IMG/VR virus record: IMGVR_UViG_3300030012_004221
Coordinates: 64,001 to 128,000 of that record
Origin: a virus
Direction: 5' to 3' (one strand)
Length of the DNA stretch: 64,000 nt
Both the position numbers and the translations under genes were made by a program. This document shows, piece by piece, positions 28,562 through 35,700 of this stretch; the stretch's first letter is position 1; every line of letters starts with the position of its first letter. A model generated the notes under the pieces. It saw only the letters and a program-made list of their open reading frames with translations. It had not been told where the DNA came from and ran no database searches.

Positions 28562-29029
28562 CTATTCTCCAATATAACATGCAGCATTTTTACCATGCTC
28601 CATAAATTTAACTTTGGTAACTTTTACTCTACCTTCAGTTTCAGTATCTACAAATTTTTGTAGCTTATTATAAATATATTCAGCAAATTTTTCTGCACCA
28701 GTTGCTTCAACTTTTCTTAACTGAATTACTCCTAATTTATCCATTGTTTCAAAACCTTTAAGACCTGGATCATCTTCTGCTACTACTACGGTGTGATCAA
28801 ACATATAATCCATCCATTCTTTAGGTGACTTACCATCAATTTGAGTTTTAGCTCTTTTCATACCACCAAAATCCCAAACCCAATTTCTATGATCTAATTC
28901 ACCTTCAAAATATACTTTAAATGAAATACCATAACCATGCAAAAATCTACAATGTGTTGTTTCTGCTTTCCATTGACGAAATACAGTACTAAATCCGTCA
29001 AATACTTTACTTGATTGAAACTTACCCAT
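28562..29029 (-). CDS. queD: 6-carboxytetrahydropterin synthase (QueD-like, variant motif)
   Basis: HCRFLHGY, WVWDFG, FDHT and GAEKFA. Lies between queC and queE. Confidence 0.85.
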   Translation of the reverse strand: MGKFQSSKVFDGFSTVFRQWKAETTHCRFLHGYGISFKVYFEGELDHRNWVWDFGGMKRAKTQIDGKSPKEWMDYMFDHTVVVAEDDPGLKGFETMDKLGVIQLRKVEATGAEKFAEYIYNKLQKFVDTETEGRVKVTKVKFMEHGKNAACYIGE

Positions 29030-29279
29030 TATACCAATTTTTTATAGCTGTTATCCCATCAAAAGCACCTACATGTCTTTTAATTTCGTTTCCATTCATA
29101 TCTGTTACAATACTAGTAGGAATGTTTTTTACGTTATATTTCTGTGGAAGATCTGCATCATAATCAATGTTTATCTTTCTAACAGGGATACCTGATTTGG
29201 CTATTTCTTCCATTTGTGGTGATAGTGCTTTACAAGGTCCACACCAAGGAGCACTAAAATATAAAATACCTTTATCCAT
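29022..29279 (-). CDS. Thioredoxin
   Basis: WCGPC and IPT. Confidence 0.92.
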   Translation of the reverse strand: MDKGILYFSAPWCGPCKALSPQMEEIAKSGIPVRKINIDYDADLPQKYNVKNIPTSIVTDMNGNEIKRHVGAFDGITAIKNWYNG

Positions 29280-29296
29280 TTTTATTTAATTTTTAA

Positions 29297-29530
29297 TTAT
29301 ACTAATTCTTCTATTATACCAATTGCTTCACTCAATATAAGTAAAACAGTTGCAGTTACCAAACTAAAAGGAATAAAAACATAACCTACAATCCTTACAC
29401 CAGATTTAATAAAACTAATTATTTGGTGTAATTTAGGATCAGGATGATCTATTGTACCATTTTTTTTGGCTAAGCGGTTTACTAATTTATCTACCTCTTT
29501 ATCTAAATGTTTGTCTTGAATATCATTCAT
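29297..29530 (-). CDS. Small membrane protein
   Basis: C-terminal hydrophobic stretch; HQIISFIKSGVRI. Confidence 0.55.
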   Translation of the reverse strand: MNDIQDKHLDKEVDKLVNRLAKKNGTIDHPDPKLHQIISFIKSGVRIVGYVFIPFSLVTATVLLILSEAIGIIEELV

Positions 29531-29533
29531 AAT

Positions 29534-30379
29534 TTAATTTTTAATTTGTTCTAATTCATATTCAGCAAGAACTTGCTCTACATAAATCCTAGCTGTTTCA
29601 TAATCAACTGCACCTGTTTCATCCGCATATTGTACTGGATCAGGTCTTCCTAGTTTAATAAACGCTTCAATACGTTCTACAGACGATGCTGATTTATAAT
29701 CAGACCATCCTTCTGGGGTTGGTTTATATGAAGTATTTGTTCTAGCATAAACTTCATCAAAATCAATCTTTAATTTTTTACATAAAACTTCTCCATCTTT
29801 TAAAATATCAAATTTATCACCATTTAAATAAGGTGTATAATATGATACTCTTGATGCTTCCCAATTACCTTCAGCAAACGCTTTATAATCAGCATCTCTA
29901 AATTCTTGTCTACAATCAGGATAAATTGCATGATCACCAGCGTGAATACCCATTGCTATTCTAACAGGTGATTCTGTTTTATTTGCTATTGATAATGCTA
30001 CAGCTTGTACTAGTGAAGAAAATATTTTATTTCTATTAGGTACTACTGTAGCTTTCATATTATCTTCAGCATAATGTCCTTCTGGTACTTCATCTCCACC
30101 TTCTACTAAAGCTGAGTCTAATAATTCTACTAAACCATCTAATTTAATAACTTGATAATTAACATTATGACCATTTCTTTTTAAATAATCTACTAATGCT
30201 CTTGCTCTTTTAAGTTCAACTTTATGTTTTTGACCATAGTCAAATGACATAGCTGTTACTGTTTCAAATTCATCAAGACATCTAAGCAATAATGTACTTG
30301 AATCCATACCACCTGAAAGTGATACTACTGCATGTTTTGGACGTGCTGCGTCTTTAAAATTAATTTCTAATTGTGTCAT
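29534..30379 (-). CDS. queC: 7-cyano-7-deazaguanine (preQ0) synthase
   Basis: SLSGGMDS, FDYGQKH, VPNRN and HAGDHAIYPDCR. Confidence 0.93.
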   Translation of the reverse strand: MTQLEINFKDAARPKHAVVSLSGGMDSSTLLLRCLDEFETVTAMSFDYGQKHKVELKRARALVDYLKRNGHNVNYQVIKLDGLVELLDSALVEGGDEVPEGHYAEDNMKATVVPNRNKIFSSLVQAVALSIANKTESPVRIAMGIHAGDHAIYPDCRQEFRDADYKAFAEGNWEASRVSYYTPYLNGDKFDILKDGEVLCKKLKIDFDEVYARTNTSYKPTPEGWSDYKSASSVERIEAFIKLGRPDPVQYADETGAVDYETARIYVEQVLAEYELEQIKN

Positions 30380-30395
30380 TTTTATTATATTAAAA

Positions 30396-30430
30396 TTTGC
30401 CAGGTATTATAAAGCGTATAGGCAAACGCT
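30396..30430 (-). promoter_or_regulatory. Candidate H-type pseudoknot leader before queC
   Basis: P1 is AGCGU/ACGCU. Loop UUGCC is complementary to GGCAA 11 nt downstream of P1. The element ends 16 nt before the AUG. Confidence 0.5.
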
Positions 30431-30650
30431 ACATTTCATTTAATTTAAGCATTTTTTCTCTAATAACCACCCTAAAGTGATTATTTTGTATTTTAGCACT
30501 ACCTCCTTGTTTAAGAAGCTTTCTAAATAAAAATTCTTCATTTTCATTCCAAAATTCACTTAAAGCTATAATTTCATCTTTATTAGCTACTTCTTTACTT
30601 TTATTTAAGTAAACTTTATGAGTTGATCTTATTGATTGTTTTTTTAACAT
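30429..30650 (-). CDS. Hypothetical protein
   Basis: 73-aa basic ORF within the operon. Confidence 0.55.
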   Translation of the reverse strand: MLKKQSIRSTHKVYLNKSKEVANKDEIIALSEFWNENEEFLFRKLLKQGGSAKIQNNHFRVVIREKMLKLNEM

Positions 30651-30653
30651 ATT

Positions 30654-30782
30654 TTATACTTTAGATGCAACAAAAAATACAAATAATACAATAACAGCAA
30701 TTAAGGAAGTAACAGCCAAGCTAATTCCAAATGCTAGTTTTATACCAGTCATTACATAATTATGGAATTTTTTTCTTTTCAT
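30654..30782 (-). CDS. Small single-TM protein (42 aa)
   Basis: Manual translation gives MKRKKFHNYVMTG followed by a hydrophobic helix. Confidence 0.5.
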   Translation of the reverse strand: MKRKKFHNYVMTGIKLAFGISLAVTSLIAVIVLFVFFVASKV

Positions 30783-30961
30783 TACATATATTTAGGAACC
30801 CTAAATTTTAATATTGGATTACCATTAACAGTAGGTTGACCCATCTCATCAATTCCAATTTCTTTGACTTTAACTGGTTTATTCCTAAATCTACCAGTTA
30901 GTATTGTATCTCCTTTTTTAATAGGAATTATAAAATAATCTTCTATATATGTTGCTTTCAT
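30782..30961 (-). CDS. Small hypothetical protein (59 aa, GDTILTGRFRNK...GQPTVNG)
   Basis: Manual translation. ATGA overlap with the upstream DpdA-like gene. Confidence 0.6.
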   Translation of the reverse strand: MKATYIEDYFIIPIKKGDTILTGRFRNKPVKVKEIGIDEMGQPTVNGNPILKFRVPKYM

Positions 30962-31764
30962 ATATTATTAATTTTTCTAAATTTGTTAACATTAAATTCT
31001 AATAAATCATAATCAACTTGATCATCTAACATATAAAAGTAATCATTCATATTTGCTGTTGGTTTCTTAAATAAACCAGCACTAGTATATGCTATATCTT
31101 CTAAAGCAGCCATTACTGGGTTAGATGTATCAATTGATTCAATACAATTTATATTTTTATACCATCCAAATTCTTGGGGTACAGCACATCCTAGTAAATG
31201 AACTCTATCATCTTGTTTTAACTCCCCAGTTTTAAGTAAAGTAGATATTACAAATAATCTACCTAATGCTTTACCTAAATCTTTATTAGGATGGGTACAA
31301 ATATCATTATAATAAGAAGCACCATATGAAAATGCTATTTTTCCATAACCTAATTCTTTATATCTTCTAGCACAAGTAGCTGCTTGTTCAAGAGTAGTAG
31401 CTTGTACAACTGCTACTTTTTCAACTCCTATTGGAAAATCATATATTTGCCAAATTGCGGCATTATGTATAGATTGTCCTGAGTCTTCCCAAACATCTGG
31501 TACTATAAATTCATTAGGTTTTAATTCATTTACCCAGTGAATTAGACGTTCATGAGTATAAGCTTCACCTAGCTCATGTAATGAGTTATCCATTATAATA
31601 TAACGTCCTTGTTCTTTTGCTTTCTGAAAATATTCTAAATATTTAGGTTCTTCATCTAGTAAATGGGGAAGACAATAATCATAGTCATTAAATCTTTGAC
31701 TATCTTCTAGTAAACACATTGGAGTTTCATGACTGATTTTGATGTTACTAACTTCGACTTTCAT
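30958..31764 (-). CDS. dpdA: DpdA-like TGT-fold 7-deazaguanine transglycosylase
   Basis: IMDNS, IVPDV, VAVVQ, HLLG and SIDTS follow the order of TGT/DpdA barrel motifs. Heads the que cluster. Confidence 0.65.
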   Translation of the reverse strand: MKVEVSNIKISHETPMCLLEDSQRFNDYDYCLPHLLDEEPKYLEYFQKAKEQGRYIIMDNSLHELGEAYTHERLIHWVNELKPNEFIVPDVWEDSGQSIHNAAIWQIYDFPIGVEKVAVVQATTLEQAATCARRYKELGYGKIAFSYGASYYNDICTHPNKDLGKALGRLFVISTLLKTGELKQDDRVHLLGCAVPQEFGWYKNINCIESIDTSNPVMAALEDIAYTSAGLFKKPTANMNDYFYMLDDQVDYDLLEFNVNKFRKINNI

Positions 31765-31784
31765 TTATAACTTTTTATTTTTAA

Positions 31785-31814
31785 TAATATACAAAACCTT
31801 TTTTATACAACCAA
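31785..31814 (-). promoter_or_regulatory. Early/middle-type promoter TTGG-N19-TATATTA driving the dpdA-que operon
   Basis: Recurrent motif with 19-nt spacer. Confidence 0.7.
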
Positions 31815-31820
31815 GCTAAA

Positions 31821-33029
31821 TTAATTATATTTTATAATTAAATCATCATTATCTCCTGCTTTTAATTCGTCAATCCTTTTTTGTATATTTTTCCAACCTT
31901 TAGGACCATATTTATGAGTTTTAGGAGTTTTTGATTTTAATTCTTCTAATTCCTGAATAGTTAAATTATCTATTGATTCTGTTTGTTGTGGTTCTTCTTC
32001 GTTTTCATCATGAAACCAGTCATTATTTTCATAATGTAACCCTTCATTACCATTCTGGCCTATAATGTTCATTCTTTCTTCATCTTCATCTTTAATATTA
32101 TCAGCATAATATCCCTCTTCAACCCATTTTTCTTCACCTACACTATCTAAGGTTTTGTCTAGATTACTATTAAAATCTTCTTCTACTACAACTTCTTCTC
32201 TATAAAGGTTTTTTTTTGTTTTTGGTCTAATTTGTTCAAAAGCAAAATTAGCAGCTACTACAAGAGCAATTGCTAACGGATCAAATACAAATATAATAGT
32301 TAATAATAACCAATTAATAATTCTATCCATAGGCCAACCAGTTAACCCTGATAGGTATTTAAGAGGTCCTAATTCACTAGATACAGCATCGCTTAATCTT
32401 ATTTCAACTATTTCTTCTTCAAATTTAAACAATGCTTCATTTAATTGATCTATTTTATAATTTATTTCTGTTTGTCTATCAATAGCTTGATCTAATTGTT
32501 GAGTCAAAATTCTACGAGTTGTTGAACTTTGTGTAGTAATTATATTACCTAATGTGTCTTTATACTGTATTCTATTCGTAGATAAACCATTTCTTAAACT
32601 AACCACAGCCTCATTTATAGATGATTTTTCTTCATTATATACAATAAGTTGTTCTTTAACATTATCTCTTTTTACTTCTACTAATTCTATCTTGGCATCA
32701 ATTGTTCCTGCTTTTGCAGCAGTTTCCTGATATGCTGCTGATAAAAATCCATAAATACCCATTGAAGTAATTACAATTAAAACAAAGCAAGCTATGGATA
32801 AATACCATTTTAAAAGCTTAGGGAGGTTTTTTCTGTATTGATATAAAAGAGATGCTATTACTAACTTAGCTATTTCTAGTGAAGCTGCCATTACTATAAC
32901 AGCAAAAGCTGCTCCTGCAAATAATTTACTTAAACCACTAACTGAGTAAAATGCTGCTGATGCACTTACAGATAGTGCCGAGAAAGCAATTAATAAAGGA
33001 AATAGTGATTTTTTAATTTTACTAAGCAT
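31821..33029 (-). CDS. Membrane protein with long coiled coil (DUF4407-like)
   Basis: Three N-terminal TM segments, a coiled coil, a further TM (IIFVFDPLAI) and an acidic tail. Confidence 0.6.
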   Translation of the reverse strand: MLSKIKKSLFPLLIAFSALSVSASAAFYSVSGLSKLFAGAAFAVIVMAASLEIAKLVIASLLYQYRKNLPKLLKWYLSIACFVLIVITSMGIYGFLSAAYQETAAKAGTIDAKIELVEVKRDNVKEQLIVYNEEKSSINEAVVSLRNGLSTNRIQYKDTLGNIITTQSSTTRRILTQQLDQAIDRQTEINYKIDQLNEALFKFEEEIVEIRLSDAVSSELGPLKYLSGLTGWPMDRIINWLLLTIIFVFDPLAIALVVAANFAFEQIRPKTKKNLYREEVVVEEDFNSNLDKTLDSVGEEKWVEEGYYADNIKDEDEERMNIIGQNGNEGLHYENNDWFHDENEEEPQQTESIDNLTIQELEELKSKTPKTHKYGPKGWKNIQKRIDELKAGDNDDLIIKYN

Positions 33030-33083
33030 AATATAAATTTAATCCTATATAATATGAATAGATTGGGGGTTATCCAAACTATA

Positions 33084-33968
33084 TTATAGATTTACTAACA
33101 TATCAACTAATTCTTGTTGAGGGAACATATCAAATTTATCTTTCCTAGTATTAGTGTGAGTCCATAACCCTTTTATTCTACCATAATAAGCATCTTCATT
33201 AAAATCAAACCCTTTACTAACACCATATTTTTTAATTACAGCTGGTAGTCCTTGTCTAACATCAATATTATCTCTATCTGCTATATGTAGTATTAATTTT
33301 TTTAAATTTTCTATTTGTTTATTTGAATATCTATGCCATGCATTAAACCCTCTAAAAGATTCATTTAATGTAACAACTTGTGAATCATCAGCTAACTGCC
33401 CCGCATATGTTCTTCCATTTTTAAGATATCCAAAATTATTAACCTCAATACCTACAGAATGTATATGCATGTGTTGTGAACCATTTTTTCCTAAATGCCA
33501 TCCATATCCACCTTCTGGAAATGCCTGAACTACTTCACCATCATATTGGTTATCATTTCCTTTTATTGATTGTCCCCCTAAAACAAATTCAGTAGCAACA
33601 GCTCCTCTATTATCTCTAGCCCAGTGATCTATAGTTCTAAATGGATTATGCCAACCTGCTGTGTGGTGAAGAAATAAATATTCTTTATTCCAAGCTCCTT
33701 CTTTATATTCTCCTAATGGTAAATAATGTTTATTAATAAGTAAACCATTTTCGGTTACATATGATTTTTCAGTATTATCTGTACTAGCAATGCCCATAAT
33801 ATCTAGTGTTTGAGGGCCTACTATTCCATCAACTATTAAATTATTTTTGATTTGGTATTCTTTGACTGCTTTTTCTGTTCCAGGACCGAATATCCCGTCA
33901 GCATCTATTCCTAAAAATTCTTGGAGGTCTTTTACCTCAGTTCCTTTAGATCCTACTCTTAATATCAT
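33084..33968 (-). CDS. Endolysin: peptidoglycan-binding domain plus N-acetylmuramoyl-L-alanine amidase
   Basis: DGIFGPGT and DGIVGPQT (PG-binding). LHHTAG, SVGIEV and THTNTRKDKFD (Amidase_2). Confidence 0.9.
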   Translation of the reverse strand: MILRVGSKGTEVKDLQEFLGIDADGIFGPGTEKAVKEYQIKNNLIVDGIVGPQTLDIMGIASTDNTEKSYVTENGLLINKHYLPLGEYKEGAWNKEYLFLHHTAGWHNPFRTIDHWARDNRGAVATEFVLGGQSIKGNDNQYDGEVVQAFPEGGYGWHLGKNGSQHMHIHSVGIEVNNFGYLKNGRTYAGQLADDSQVVTLNESFRGFNAWHRYSNKQIENLKKLILHIADRDNIDVRQGLPAVIKKYGVSKGFDFNEDAYYGRIKGLWTHTNTRKDKFDMFPQQELVDMLVNL

Positions 33969-33999
33969 ATCTTATTAGTTTTATTTATTATAAATATCA

Positions 34000-34329
34000 C
34001 TAAAAGGCACTCATTATAAGTTCGTCAATATAGTCTTGAAGTTCTTCTCTAGTAGCTGCAACTTTAAAACTTAAATCTGCTTGGTACCTTTTTACTTCTT
34101 CTCCATCTTGATAGATTATTATTGTAGGTACTACTACAACTTTATGTTTTTGTTGAAGTGATGGGTCAGAGGCAATATCAACTTTAGTTACATCACAATC
34201 TGATAATTTTTCGACCCATTTAACATCGTTAGCTGAGTTCCACCCTGCGTTAAAATGTGTTACTGTTACTTGACCATAAATAGTCGTTGATAATAACCAA
34301 AATATTGGTAATAAAATGTATTTTTTCAT
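34000..34329 (-). CDS. Secreted thioredoxin-fold protein lacking CxxC
   Basis: Signal peptide, HFNAGWN in place of WCxxC, VVPTII and GEEVKR. Confidence 0.6.
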   Translation of the reverse strand: MKKYILLPIFWLLSTTIYGQVTVTHFNAGWNSANDVKWVEKLSDCDVTKVDIASDPSLQQKHKVVVVPTIIIYQDGEEVKRYQADLSFKVAATREELQDYIDELIMSAF

Positions 34330-34335
34330 AATAGA

Positions 34336-34620
34336 TTATCTTAATCTATCAATTTTTTCTTCAATACGTTTCATGTCTTCCTTAAGCTCCTTTACATCAT
34401 CCTGCGTAGTCATGATTGTTTGACGAATCAATTGATCTTTCATATCATACTCCATCCTAGTTACATCTGGTGGAGGTGGTACTGGTAGTTCTTTTGCTTC
34501 AGCAATGTCTGCTTGTAAAACAAACCACATAGAAATAATAGTAGTCATTACTGCTCCAATACCTACTAATGTTTTGATGCTTACAGTGAAACCAGTATTT
34601 TCATTTAACTCTTTTGCCAT
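34336..34620 (-). CDS. Small single-TM protein with Pro-rich linker and coiled coil
   Basis: One TM segment, PVPPPP and a C-terminal heptad pattern. Confidence 0.6.
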   Translation of the reverse strand: MAKELNENTGFTVSIKTLVGIGAVMTTIISMWFVLQADIAEAKELPVPPPPDVTRMEYDMKDQLIRQTIMTTQDDVKELKEDMKRIEEKIDRLR

Positions 34621-34622
34621 TT

Positions 34623-35699
34623 TTAAAATATTATATAATTTACACCCATTGAAAACTCATGCCACCTTCTATTCCAATATTTATTGTATTTACCTTCTGC
34701 AAATAACCCTAAAGATCTACTTAGTTTATAACCAAATATTAATCCACCAGAATAATCAATCCATTGTCCTCCGTTATAAGTATGGTAAGAAAATTCATCG
34801 GCTGTCTTTAGGTGGTAAGGCATTATATTTCCCCACGCATGTGCCCAGAAGTTTTTTTCATAGTGGTAAAAATCAGCACCTAATACAAAAGAATATTCTA
34901 ATTTAAAGGGAGCTTCATCTCTTTTCTTTTCAACATAATCTACTAATATTTGAGGAATTATTACTTCTTCCCAAACAGCTGTACTTGTAGCAACTACATC
35001 ACCTGATGGGTTTAGATATACTACATCACCAGGTCCATTAAAATTAACAACATATCCTTCTTGAATAGCTAACCAAGTATAATGAAGATTATTATTACTT
35101 AACATCCACTCAGCTAAAGGATCATAACCATAAGGTTCTGATAGTCTTTGTGCTGCTCCTACATTTAATGAAAACTTTTTATTTACGTTATATCTATATC
35201 TTTGGGATGATTCAAAATACTCAACATCAACAAATCCATCTTTTAAATATTCTACTTTTGCTACCCAATCATTTGCAACATACCTTAAAAAATGGTGTTG
35301 GTTAAAGTAATTTATACCTTGTATTCTTCTATAATCACCTTCAAATAAAAACTCAAATCCTTTTATTTTACCAACTGTTGCATTATCACCTAAATGACCT
35401 TCTGTACCATCATAAAATACATTTTCTCTATTTTCATAATCAAACCTAGCTATCTTTCTTACACCTGCTACTATAGAATAATCAAAGGGTGTTTCTACTA
35501 CGTCAGTAATTAATTGACCAGTATTTACTGTAAATGTGTTTCTATCTGATAGTGAGGTTCCACCATTTACAGCTGCATAAAACGTAGAAAATTTAAATGT
35601 CTTTTTTAATTCTTTTTTAAATTCAGAGACTTTATCTACTTTCTCTTGACCAAAAACTATAGATGGGATAAGTAATATTAATATAATTATCTTTTTCAT
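34623..35699 (-). CDS. Putative outer-membrane beta-barrel protein
   Basis: Signal peptide, amphipathic aromatic-rich strands and C-terminal GVNYIIF, a BAM-type terminal Phe signature. Confidence 0.65.
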   Translation of the reverse strand: MKKIIILILLIPSIVFGQEKVDKVSEFKKELKKTFKFSTFYAAVNGGTSLSDRNTFTVNTGQLITDVVETPFDYSIVAGVRKIARFDYENRENVFYDGTEGHLGDNATVGKIKGFEFLFEGDYRRIQGINYFNQHHFLRYVANDWVAKVEYLKDGFVDVEYFESSQRYRYNVNKKFSLNVGAAQRLSEPYGYDPLAEWMLSNNNLHYTWLAIQEGYVVNFNGPGDVVYLNPSGDVVATSTAVWEEVIIPQILVDYVEKKRDEAPFKLEYSFVLGADFYHYEKNFWAHAWGNIMPYHLKTADEFSYHTYNGGQWIDYSGGLIFGYKLSRSLGLFAEGKYNKYWNRRWHEFSMGVNYIIF

Positions 35700-35700
35700 A

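Noticed and set aside
24325-31764. que genes as a tRNA-queuosine auxiliary pathway
   Set aside because: No queF, queA, queG/H or tRNA genes were seen here, and the TGT-fold protein lacks the zinc-binding C-terminal motif of tRNA TGT. DNA modification fits better, though a tRNA role is not formally excluded.
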